From NCBI GenBank assembly GCA_000708835.1, contig DF236992.1, positions 232,916 through 296,915 of the forward strand: 64,000 bases of DNA, read 5' to 3'. Position 1 is the stretch's first letter, and every line of letters starts with the position of its first letter. The notes under the pieces were generated by a model. That model was not told the origin of the DNA and searched no databases. It was given only the letters and a program-made list of their open reading frames with translations. Source of the stretch: Klebsormidium nitens. Taxonomy: Eukaryota; Plantae; Klebsormidiophyceae. A program made the translations under genes and the position numbers. Positions 1-11,798 of the stretch are shown here, piece after piece.

Positions 1-428
1 AAGCCATCCAGTGTTATTTTAGAGAGCTCGGATGCTTTTGAAGACACATAGACGTAGTCTTGAAAAGTCCTCACCACCCAGGACTGAATACTCCTGCTGA
101 AAGGCTATTCTTCTGGAAGCTAGCTCCCTGAGAGTTTGCGAAACAATGTCCAAGTAGTCCGTTCCCGCTGTTCGCTGCAGGTTGTTGCCGTCTATGATTC
201 TGCCTGCCAATCTCATTGGAAAACTGGTTGTTCACTTGGACACTACTTCAGATTCGCAGCAAGTAAAGAAGGCCCGCCAGAAAAGGCCTCACTGCTGAAG
301 AACCTGCTAATACTTCAAGGGAGAACTCTTGAGCAGCGCCAAGTTTGACAAGGCTTTGCCGAGTTGGAAAACAGGCTTCCAGCCCTTCTGAGAGGACATA
401 TACGGCATCATTGACTCGTCCAATGCAG

Positions 429-3400
429 GAGGCTCTAATGACCATCACCCGGGAGCCGCGTGGGGTGCTCCGAGTGTTGGCGGCCGGCCGCACCGACGCA
501 GGCGTGCACGCGCGGGGGCAGGTCGCGCACTTCTTCACGAGCTCTCCGCTCGAAGATCTGGAGTCTATCCACCTCAAACTGAACGGTGAGCAGCCAGACC
601 GACCCGCCAGTCTGAGGCCAGCCAAGCTGAGCTCCTGACTTGCCATCAAGTTGTTTTTGACGACTTTGGATCGTTGCGTGGTTTCAGGGAGTGTAGTTGC
701 CTTATATCAGGGGACGAAACCTGCCAGGCTAATGATTGAGTCTGTACGGACACTGCTGAGAGGATTGTAGGTCGGAAAGACCGCAGATGGCGCGTGCTGT
801 TTATGTTCATTGAGTGCTCAGTTGCCTCATACTTCGAGAAACGTCACTATAGTTGAAAACTGCCGCAACAGAGTAAAGGCTTTCCTGCGTGAGACCCACG
901 GCCCTTTGCTCTTGGGGATACGAAGTTTGATGGTGCTGCGGAGCTGGGGACAATTGGCGATCTACAGACGGGATTGCTACAAGAGTCAAAGTCGAAGATG
1001 CTCTGAAATTGGCTGTCTTCGGCGCCCTTGGCTTCTCTTCCACGAAACGGCTCCGACTCGACTTCTATCCTGGGACGAGTACTCTGTGGAAAGGCTTGCT
1101 AAGAATGCTCGAGTCTCCCCAGTTATTTGTTGCCACGGACAAATCTCACTTCGATTCTTTCGACACTCCACTGGACCCTTTGTTCGTAGACTAATCGGAC
1201 TGAGGTATCCGTGGACTAAAAACAGCTGCTGCATCAGGAGTACGGTTCAGGGCAAAGCAGTCTTCGAGTGTACTCGCACGCCGATCGAAGGCCAGTCAAA
1301 CGAGCGTCTTCTTGCCCCCTGATTTCCGGATGGCGAACTTCCATAGGTACTGAGAGACAGTCCGGGGACAGTCCCGTCAGCTGTGCTGCTTACTTTTCCC
1401 TCCGAGCCCCCTTTTCTTACCTTCACTATTCCCGATGTTTCATCTTAGGTTCCGCGTCGACCGAAATGGCTGAGCGCTCATCTCTGGTCCTCCTTACCAA
1501 TGAGAACGCTTTAATTGGTCACGTGGTACGGAAAGTACAGACCTCGTACTGATGTTTGCTAGAGAAACAGTGTACACAGCTGTACGCGGACCGGAGACGC
1601 GAAGCTGGTGAGCCCAACAGTTTTCGGTCGACGCTGAACCTTACAACCCGAGGTGTGCAGCACAGCTGACGAGACTGTTTCTCCCGCAGGCAAGAACATT
1701 GTCGAGTCCCCCTACTCGTCCACTAAGCTGAGGCCCAAAGGTCAGTCGCCGCCGGGCCTCTTGTTTGCCGTTGTGTCAGGAGTTTGCTCCTCATGTGGTC
1801 GAATTGCGGCGCAGTATTATTCTTTGCAGTCATATTGTCCGATAAGCAGCGAACCAGAAAGTGCTTTAAGCGCAAGCCACCAGATGGCCGATGGCAGCAC
1901 ATGCTTGCAGGAGACGCATATAAAGAGCTTGTGTTGTTTCGGCCACAACTGTTGGAGCCTGTCTTTGCTGCGCCCCCCACCGCGCCAAACTTTCCATGCT
2001 CAGAAGGAGCCTTGTCTTCACAAGGCCTGATAATCTGTAGGCACTCTGAAGCACATTCCCCCTCTTTGTCGCAGGCGTTTTACCCGTCGACATCCGGATC
2101 CTAGAGCTGGCGCCGGTCACGCATGACTTCCACGCTAGGTGAGAGCCAGTCCTAAGGTGGCGGGCGCTTGAATATCCAAGCGACGCGAAATGGATCTCGC
2201 TGGCGTTTGGTGAAGTTCAGACTATGTCGCAACGACAAGTGCCGAATTTGACAAACGCATCGTTTATCATATTTCTGCGGTGTTGCGGATTGAATGTGGC
2301 GGTGTACATCTGAGGTGGTGTTTGTAGAGGCTTTGTTTTCCGACGAGCTTTCTCTTTGGATGGACGCGCTATGTTTAAAGTTCGGCGGAAACTCTCGCAG
2401 CGGCGAAGCTTCAAAGCCGGAACCGTTCCTGCTTTGAATTCAGAAGGGATTCTGGGACTCTCGCTTTTCCGGCATCCCTCAACTTGAGCATACATAGTTG
2501 CCGAACTTTGTTCCTGTCAAGCCAGCATTTGCAAACTAAACATAAACCTAAGGACCAAAATGGTGATCATCTGGTCTTACGTCGTCTGAATGCAGGTTTA
2601 GTGCCATCAGCAAGATCTACCACTATTCAATCGCGACCAAGCCGGTGATTGATCCGCTCAGCCGCTTGTATTCAGCGCACGTGTTCTATGAGGTGAAGCC
2701 CTTGGACCTGTTTCGACTCGTTACGTTTGCGATGAAGGCTTCTGCTCCGCTCCTTATGTGGATCGAGGAAGTCAGCCTTCGTCCGGCTATACCGACCGTG
2801 TCAGGGTGTGAATCGGCCTGTCGGACTGCTTGACGCATCACCTGCGATGAGCTCTTGGGTGCGCGCACTGTGGGGAAGGAATGTGTAGGTCTCCGAAGTG
2901 GTTGTACGCAATTTTTTGTTCCTCGTTCCGCTTGTCACGTGTTTTTGTGGGAGCAGCCGACACGTCGACGTTTCCGCTCTTGGTTTCCCGAGCAGTGGCA
3001 AGGTGAAGGATGCTTCTCCGATTCTTTATAACATTGCTCCAGAGTGCTGATCACTTCGGAGCGAAAACTTCTCAAGTACGCTTCGTGTGGACGGAAGGGA
3101 TTTGTTGCCTGCGAACGTTGTGGGATTTGCTAAAGATTGCGAAATATCGGTCTACGGATAGCGATAGGACGACATCTCACCGTGCTTTTTTGCGGACTCC
3201 AGGTTGACATTGACCGGATCAAAGAGGGGGCGCTCCACTTCGTTGGGGAGCACGACTTTGCAGCTTTTGCCAACTTCTATCCAAAGCCGCGGCGGGACGT
3301 GAATGCCGATACCGTCCGTACAATTACGCGGTTCGACGTTGTAGACACGGAAGAAGGTGTTCGACTAGAAATCGAGGGGACGGGGTTCTTGTATAGGCAG

Positions 3401-3658
3401 GTCCGCAATATGGTAGGACTTTTAGTCGAGATAGGCAGGGGTCAATACGAGCCGTCGATCGTACCCAAGATTATGGAGCTGAGGAACCGACGGCTCGTTC
3501 CTACGTCGGCGCCGGCGCACGGGCTCGTTATGCAGAGCGTCGCGTATCCTGAGGAGCTCTTGAAGCCGCCCCCAGGGGCCAGTGCAGCCAGCACCGGCCG
3601 CTTGGTGCGAAAACCATCCCAGAAGTCAAAACTGGAGGCTCAGCTCGCTGCAATCTAG
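429..3658 (+). CDS. truA: TruA-family tRNA pseudouridine synthase, 5'-partial (upstream exons outside the window). Exons 429-585, 2075-2138, 2596-2692, 3203-3658
   Basis: Catalytic motif AGRTDAGVHARGQVAHF in exon 429-585. GT-AG splicing gives ...LNG|VLPVDIRILELAPVTHDFHAR|FSAISKIYHYSIATKPVIDPLSRLYSAHVFYE|VDIDRIKEGALHFVGEHDFAAFAN...EIEGTGFLYRQVRNMVG...SAPAHGL, the TruA motif order. Exon phases are consistent. Confidence 0.93.
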
Positions 3659-4028
3659 GATAGCATCTCGGAACTTCGGAAGGGCTCGGGTTGCTAGCGG
3701 ATAGGGTCTGCTAGCGCTGCTCGTGCGGACAATCAGAAAGGGAACCTACAAGCGACTAGTCGCGTGAAGATATGGTACACACTATTATAGATCAGTCCAT
3801 TTCATATACCGGAACAAGACTGAGCATGTCATGGTGGGGACGCAAACATGCAGTCCAACCGAGCATCTGTCCACTTGTGCATATGTCCAGTCGCGAGCGC
3901 TCAATGAAATGCAGCTGATGATGGAAGTTGAATTTGTAGATGTTTGCTGCCGCCGGGCAGATTCTGGGCATGGCAGGCTGCAAAATCTATATATGATTGT
4001 TTGGCTTGCTCGTGCACCGGATCTGATA

Positions 4029-4378
4029 GGTTGTTCACACTAGCACAAAATTTTTGCCGCCGGCGCCGGCGGCCACTGTACTCCGTCGAAAATCCAAAAT
4101 TTCCGTCGACGGAGCATCACCGGCGTCGACGGAGAATTTTGGAACAACTTTCCTCCGGCGCCGGAGATGTCCGTCGCCGGATTGCTCCGTCGATATCGAA
4201 AGCCTGTGGAACCGCGCGGCCAGCTTATTATTTTGGCACGTGATCTCGATTCCGGCACCGGAGAGCCCCGTCAAAAGCGCAGTGCGAACAACCCTCGTTT
4301 TCCGTCGAAAATGGCCAACTCCGGCGCGACGGATTGATCCGACGCCGCCGGTAGAAAATAAATCAGGTGTGAACAACC
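4029..4378. mobile_element. MITE-like non-autonomous DNA transposon, 350 bp, TA target-site duplication
   Basis: GGTTGTTCACAC (4029-4040) is the exact reverse complement of GTGTGAACAACC (4367-4378), with TA immediately outside both ends (4027-4028, 4379-4380). The interior carries many CCGTCGA/TCGACGG and CCGGCGCCGG motifs and no credible protein. Confidence 0.75.
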
Positions 4379-5241
4379 TATGAGTCTGCATATTGAATAT
4401 GCAACTAGGGCGATCCTCATCATGAATTTATGGTTCCTCGACTCACTCTTCAATGCAGGAGCATACCGTCGTCTTCGTGCAAGCTTGACCTACATGTCAT
4501 GTGTAAAAATTTGAATGTACTCGCATATTTTCTGGGCAAGTCACACCACATGCCATGATGGCCACCACCGTGGGCCGGCGGCAGATTGCATGACCATTCC
4601 GAGGCAGCGACTTATGAAGCGACATACAGTATTAAGCAGAGAAGTGCGGCATGTCAGGCGAAGATATGCCCTTACCGATTGTTAAGTTGAGGCAAACAAG
4701 ATTGATGATTAGTTCAAAGAGGAGGTCCTCTAATAACCTCCCTGAGCAGCTCGCCGCTTGGACTCAATTGCAAGGCAATCGTAGCAAATGCTAAGCAACA
4801 ATACACTGACCGTCATGCAACATTAACATCTGCTCACGACTACGCCTAGCGTTGATATCCTTGACAATAAAAGCAGGACTAGCCTAGATTACGTTACAAG
4901 GGCCCGTTATTCGGGCTTTCTAAGCTCTCCGATGGGTTGCTGCAAAATGCTCCTGATTCATTACTATATGCAACACGTGTTCTACGCGTAAAACACGATT
5001 TCATGCAAAAGGAATGCTAGATCAAACAAAGCTCCTGCGCTGCTTGTGTTCAATCTCATGCTAATGTACTAGGCATGCCATAGTACTTCTAAATGCAGAA
5101 AGAAAGCGCGGGCCCCGCATATCTGAAAAGCGCGACTCGTAATACTCAAAGTAAGGCAACATAAGTTGGACGCTCAATAAGCAAATTCACTTCTGCAATC
5201 CAGGCTTTGATAAGCCGCCGTCATGATCGTCTGTCGGTTCT

Positions 5242-8200
5242 CTAGGAGACTGCCCGTTTGCCTTTGTCGGATTGAAACGCAGTCACGACGTCCATGAACC
5301 GACTGTTGCCGAGCGAGCGGGCCTCGTCCAGCGGAGTGCTCCCGCGGTCGTCCTTGCAGTCGAGCCGCGCGCCGTGCTCCAGCAGGAGCTCAGCAGCGGG
5401 GGTGTTGCCGCCGATGGCGGCCACGTGGAGGGGAGTGCGGCTGCAGATTGGTTATGAGAGGAAGAATCAGCAGCGGACGCCAGCATTCCAAGCAAGGCAG
5501 TACGTTGCACAGATTCTTGGTGAACAAGGGGTACAAGGTCGGGCTGTCCAAGATGAGGATGACACCAAGGTCCCCCCTGCTTGTCCCGCATCACCTAACT
5601 TCTCAATGATGCCTGAAGTTCAGCCCAGATCCACCCCGCAAAGCCACAGGGGCTGTTGGGATCTTGACTTGAGAGGCAAAGGAGACGCCTTGGGTCCTCG
5701 ACTTCTTGCCTATACCTCTGCAGACATTGTCGTCGCCCGGGCGTCTGACTTACCCGACGTAGTTGGTCGCGTTGGGGTCCGCCCCGCAGTCGAGGAGCAG
5801 CTTCAGGAGGTCCAAGTTGCCGGTCAGCACGGCGTCGCACAGCACGCTCCCCGGCTCGCGCAGCTCCAGCGCCGCGCCCTCGGCCAGCAGGACCTCCACC
5901 GTGCCGCGGTGGCCGCCGCGGACGGCCTCCAGCAGCGGGGTGCTGCCGGCGTCGTCTGGACGAACCAATGCGAAGTCGACACGTCAGCGCTTATGGTTAG
6001 AGAGCACTCAATGTGTGATTCGTATCCGCGCACCCGGCAACGAACGGCAGTGCTGATCGAGGTGTAGGAAGGAGATACGAAGAGCTCAGAGGAAGCAAAG
6101 GTAGTCATGTCACAGGGCTTTTTGTGCTCGAACCGAGAGCAGATGTCGCTTCGACGCTTTCGTACCAGCACCAGAGCTGCACATCCTCAGTCCCGGCCTG
6201 TCGAGAAAATATCTAAGCAAACGTTCAAGACGATGAAGAGAAAAGTAGAGCTACCTTGCGCATTGACGTCGGCGCCCTGCCCGAGCAGGAACTCGACGCA
6301 GGCCGCGTAGCCCCGGGCGGCCGCGAGGTGCAGCGGGGTGCGCCCGTCGTGGTCCGTCACTTTGGCGAGCTCCGGGTCGCAGAGCAGCTCCTGCAGGCGC
6401 GGCAGGTTGCCCGCGGACGCGGCGCGGCACACGACCGCGGACTGTCCGGCGTCTTGCTGCCAGATGACGTCAGACAGGTCGTGCGCCATCTCCTGGAGCT
6501 CGCGCTGCGACGCGCCGTCGCGCTCCTTGACGCGCTGCGAGAGCAGGAGAAGGGGAGGCGTCAGTCTTGAAGTCGTTCGAGGCGAGATGCCTAGCGTCAG
6601 TGACCAGATCGTTCTTGAGCGCGCAAATGAGCGGCCGGAAACTGGGGAGCGGTGATTGGGAATGGCGCGGATTGCGGTTCTGTTTGAACGCTTTGAACGA
6701 AGGAGTCGGTAGAAGAAGCAGGCGGTGGATCATCGAAAAAAAACGTACGACCAGGGTAAAAGTGTAAGGAAAGCAACTCTGTAGGCTCTTTCAGGCGCAC
6801 CTTCTTGCTCTGGTCAGACAGTCGGCAATCAAAAAATCTCGAAGTTGGACGAGAAGCGTCAGAAACGAAAGCCTCTTCCCGAACGTGTCTGTCAATCTTA
6901 CTCGTCCGGACCGTTGAGGCTCCGAAAATCTCTCCCGAGCAGCTGCAGATGGGACCGCGCGCGCTCACCCGCTTGAGGTTGTCGAGCATCTGGCGGCTGT
7001 CCTTGGGGTACGCCTGCAGGATGCGCGCGAGCACGTTCTTGTCCAGCTTGAGCAGCTCGCACACGTCGCGCGTGCGCACGGTGAACAGCTGCGGCACGTT
7101 GCACAGGACCGCCACCTTGCTAAACACCGCGCCGGGGCCCATCTCCACCAGATCCTGCACGGCAAGGCATCGCGTATTGTGCTAAGCATAGCTTACAAAG
7201 ATGGCATAGCAGATTGCGAAGGTATGTGTCTTGACGCGATCTGTCACGAAGATTAGCAGAGACAGTACGCTAGAGTGGTCATCAAGTCGTATGCGACAAA
7301 AGAAATGGGGAGAGGACGTCAGGAATAGAATAAAAGAGATTGCTTCTCGCAAGATCAGAGTAGCTCCGAAGGGGCCCAGAGCAACAGATGAGCATTCAAT
7401 TCCGGCGTACTTCAAGTCACTTCCGGTCCTGGATTGCGCAGCTTTGTCAAAGTTGAGGTTCGTTCCTCACGGTAGAGTTGCTGGAGCCGTCGTCTCTGAC
7501 AGGGTTCTCCCTGACCACGGTGCCGCTGGCGACGATGAAGAGGCTCTGGGGAACGTCGCCCTCCGTCACAACCACGCTGTTAGGCACGTACAGCTCCAGC
7601 TTCATTTCTCCTACCTGGAAAGCAGAAGCAAATGTGCTTTCAGAGATACTCTTGGAGATTACGTCCCTCTCTGAAGCGCGACCCCGGCCGCTTTTCGCGA
7701 GGTTGCTTCACCAGATTTGACACCGAGCATGAGCAAGCCGAAGGTGCTGGAATTTATGAGATGACGACTCATCTTTAGAAAGTTGAAGCAAGCAGTGAAA
7801 TACGATTGACCGCCGAACAGGAGCTCTCATACTCTCTTCCAGATGCACGTGGAATTCACCAGCCACCCATCTTTCAGATGGCGACTTTAAGACGATCAAG
7901 CAATATTTTATACATGACTTCCTTGCACGCAATAACCTTTTCCGCGTTATCGATCAGAAGCACATGGGGAGTCTCCTCACGATCTGGTCGAGGAAGGCCG
8001 GGGAGCAGTCCTTGAAGATGTAGGTGCCCTCGACGAGCGCGCGGTACTGGTGGCGCAGCACCTGCGCGCGCAGGTGGTGGGGGAAATCCTCCAGGAGGTC
8101 GGGCCGCTCCTTGTCGACGCGCATCTCGAGGGCCACGTGTCCCCCCAGCTCGTGCTGCAGGTGCTTGGGGAGGCCAGCGCGGTGGGAGAAGGAAGTAAGC

Positions 8201-10929
8201 AGCCGCATCTTGTCGTGCTGCAACGGACACGAGGAATGAGATGGGGGTGGTTTGTAGATTCTGTTGGAGGGGTCCATTGACGCATGCCAAAGACAATCAG
8301 AGCATGTGGCAGAGATGCCTGTAGAAGGTAAGAGAACCGACAGGGATTGGAAGGGCTGTGTCAGATGAAGCTGCAGATACTTCTGTACTGGATTTCTCAG
8401 ATTTGCTCCTATACCCACTGAAAGCGAACAGCTGCAAACTAGAGATTACAAAGGAGTGGCTTACGTAGCGTGCGGTGCGGTCGTTCTCCCTTACTAGCAT
8501 AACAGTCATGTTGCCCAGAGCGTAGGCCAACTGGAGAGGAAGGAGAATCGTGTGAGCAAGTGAAAATCGTCTGGAAAGTCTCGAGAAAGAGCGTGACAGG
8601 GTTCCGATGCAGGTGGCAGGCTCATCGCGTATCCGACAACCATTCCGAAAGTCGTTGACTCTGAAAATGGCTCTTCCACTCACCATTGATCCAAGGATAG
8701 GTTAAGACTGCGGTTTTTGAGTTCCAAGGGGCACCGAGTTACTGGAATGCAAGCAAGACTCTTTGCACGCTTCAAACACAGGCAGAATGTATGGCAGATG
8801 GCAGCTTACCAGGCCCATGGACCACACCCCGTACAGCGCCACAAAGGCACGCTCAAGGACGGTCACTGGCAGCAGGTCCCCATAACCGATGCTTGTTAGG
8901 GTCATGACGGACCAGTAGATGGTAACCACATACTTCTTCAGGATCGGCCACTGCTGCCAGTTTGGCGACCCTCCAAAGGATCCAGCGCCAAGCCAGCACC
9001 CTGTTGGGTCTCCACTTATGGTGGTCTCACGGCGCGCAAGGAACACCATGACCGAAGCAGCGATGTGGCCAGAAAGGACGATGAGCTGGACAAAAGAAGA
9101 GAGTTTGATGAGGAAATTAGACTGAAGGTGTCATGTGCAGAGACAATGTACTGGTTACCTGTTTCGACATGCTACTGGCGATCAAAACTTCGCTTTCAGA
9201 CAAGAACAAGCTCAAGTTTCTCAGGTGTTGAAATTTGGATTTAGGAACACCCGCTCCTCACAAAGACTGATCTGCAATAAGTAGTTTGCAGCAACTTGGA
9301 ACTTACCAGGACGAGCTTGGCCATGCGTAGTAAGAAGTATGTTGTGAAGTTCTCCTTTTGCAGCCTGCATAGATGAATACGCTCCCTTCTATACGTGTTC
9401 CTTCGTTGCCTGTCTTTCAGAGACAATCCATATAAATTTGGCACAATTGGGAGCTTTCAGAGCAAAGGCCGATCTGGCATCTCCATCAGTCAACTTCAAT
9501 GATAAACATTTCGAAGGAGGCTTACAAGGTACTGTGGTTGATTCTGATTGGCTGCCAAACATGGAAGAAACATGACACGTTTCCAGCAGGGTAGAGGAGA
9601 GGAGAAGGGCAAGATCAAGAGGGGTAGCTTACCTGGACATGTAGTGGAAAGCTCCTTTGAGGCGATACATCCTGAAGACCGGCAGAAAGCGCACCACTTC
9701 CCCACCCCAGCCAAGAGCAGGGTGGCGGACGGCAAAATACCAGAAAAGATTTAGTGGAACACTGGATATGACGTCCGGGATGAATCCGTGCACAAGGTAC
9801 CTGGGGGAAAGTCAGGAGCTTCAATTGAAGGTATTCAGTAGTACCTACATTCAAAGGCCAATCTCTCAAAAATTGTCCAAGTTTTGCACCAATTGGGGGG
9901 CTGGTGAGAAGATGTTGCAGTGAATTTCGAAGGAGACAAATAGGAAAGAAGTTGAGCAGCAGGTAGCTGAAGGTCAAACTATCTAAAGAATGGAAGCTCG
10001 TTTCGAATGAGAGGCTGATTGGGTGTCCTTTAAGATGGCCCTATCTCTGGGCATACGAAATCTTCTTGCAACTAGGACAGCAATCAGTGACATGGTCTCA
10101 AAACCGAAAGGGAATATACCTTTGCGCAATTCTCTTTCGATCTTGCACCAACTTGAATGTCAGCGGATCAACGAAGGCAGTCCGGAACTTGAGGCCTATG
10201 TCAATCATGAAGATGATGTCGATGATCGAGTGCACCATGACCAGTGGGAACGATGGCCTGGGGACAAAGCCCCACACAAACCAAGCTGCAGTGAGGATGT
10301 ATGTAAGGTTTGAATTAGTGATGAGGAATCTGCAAAGTCAGCCTCAGTGATGGGAATCTGCAAAGTCAGCCTTTGATCTGACAAGGATGTGCAAGTCATC
10401 GATTAGTCATCAACAATCTGACCTTGCTGAACAACAAAAAGCGCGTGCTTTTTCTCCCACTAATTTGCACCAGGGGAGTGAGATGGCCAACAGGTTTTGA
10501 TCAACTCACATGCAAATGTTGAGTACCACACAAGGCAGGCCAGCAAGCCAGCCCATTTGAGGTACCTGCGAAGACGTTGAGATCAGCAATCAGTCTTTCA
10601 GCATCAACCACTGTGAGGCACCAACTCAATTCCACACTCCTGGAACAGTCTGACAGTTGATCCATATACAATTCAGCTGTCTACAAATGACAGCCCTTTG
10701 TTCGCTCAAACGTATCGCAGCAGAATCAAACGGATTGACTCAAAGCTTACCTTCTTCCAAAAGGATGAAGAATTCTCTTGCTCATAGGCACTGTGTGCGA
10801 GTCACCAGATGGATCAGTTGTTATTATCGAGTGTGTCCATGCTAGGGAGTCACTTGTTGTCCCATGACCAGCTGCCGCTGAGCTATCTGAAGCAGAGGTT
10901 GGCTGGATGGAGCTGCTCTGATTGTCCAT
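5242..10929 (-). CDS. Plant Shaker-type voltage-gated K+ channel (S1-S6, pore, C-linker, CNBD, ankyrin repeats), ~723 aa. Exons: 10751-10929, 10510-10565, 10120-10285, 9633-9800, 9307-9364, 8810-9085, 8465-8530, 7981-8217, 7516-7614, 6969-7154, 6255-6534, 5754-5955, 5242-5440
   Basis: Pore YWSVMTLTSIGYGDLLPVT; S4 VFRMYRLKGAFHYMSRLQKE; S6 GLLAYALGNMT; S2 IDIIFMIDIGLKFRTAFVDP; CNBD LFIVASGTV...VLCNVPQLFTVRT; ankyrin repeats DGRTPLHLAAARGY, GSTPLLEAVRGGH, GRTPLHVAAIGGN. All 12 introns are GT-AG with matching phases. The start codon (10929) is the least certain part. Confidence 0.93.
10325..10372. repeat. Short direct duplication (20 nt, 28-nt period) in a Shaker intron
   Basis: ggaatctgcaaagtcagcct at 10325-10344 and 10353-10372. 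Confidence 0.85.
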
Positions 10930-11766
10930 GTTGACCTTGGACACTTTCTTTGTGCTGAGAAAGGAGGAATCCAAGCACTAAAGAAGTTCGCAGCAGACAC
11001 TTGCTCAGAAGTGTGGTTCCAGGGAGGAACAGTGGTAGGTACTTTTGCACATCAAGAGCCTCTATGGTGGGCGGCTAATGCAGATCAAGCGGCCCATTTT
11101 TACCCTGCTAGAAAAACCAGAGAAGCTTGGTGCTTGGTGGTGCTTCTCAAAGAAGAGCCGGTTGGTGCTTTGGAGGCATTTGCAGCACCTTCTGATGTAT
11201 TCCATGCTAGGTACAAGGTTAGTCAAAAACAAGGCTTGCCAGTGCCGTGGCAGCTCCTTATCTGTCGCCCTGCTGACCTTCCATGTTTGCCCAGTAGATT
11301 GCGACGTCTTTTGAGCCAAGGGCCAATACAGCAGAGCAAAATGCAGCTCTGATGCAGACACATCAACTTTCAACGAGTCAGAGCTTGACGAATTCGAAAT
11401 CAAAATAGATGTGGATTCGTTCTGTGCTCATGTCTGCAAGTGTGACCGCTTGGTATGAATCCCGTTCAGCAGATTCAAACCTGATAAGGATAAGATACCT
11501 AAATTACTCCTGCTTGCTGTTCAGGGAGTTGCCAGTCACCTGATGAAAGCAAGTTGTCAGAGTCCCAACTGCGTGCTCTTTCTCTTCACGTGATGGATTG
11601 CATCAGTGAACTACCTACGGTAGTGCACGTCTTGTACCTAGGTACGTAGGTGCACGATGAGGTATCCCTGCCTGGCTGCCAGTGGTTTGCATGCTGATTG
11701 CAAGTTTAACTTGAAGAAGGAAGGACAAGCATCGTTCATGACGCTGGACTTATGATTCGCCGAGCC

Positions 11767-11798
11767 GTTGGAGGCCCTGGCCATGCAGGGCCTCCAAC
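11767..11798. repeat. Perfect 13-bp inverted repeat (hairpin, 6-nt loop) in the intergenic region
   Basis: gttggaggccctg-gccatg-cagggcctccaac. Confidence 0.8.

Noticed and set aside
810-1322. 170-aa ORF in the TruA intron as a nested gene or transposon remnant
   Set aside because: No transposase, RT or other motif recognised.
5294-6067. 257-aa + strand ORF, and similar antisense ORFs over GC-rich exons (e.g. 24962-25876, 26194-26706, 36756-37325, 52813-53211)
   Set aside because: They overlap well-supported exons on the other strand or frame and carry no motifs; they are shadows of GC-rich codon usage.
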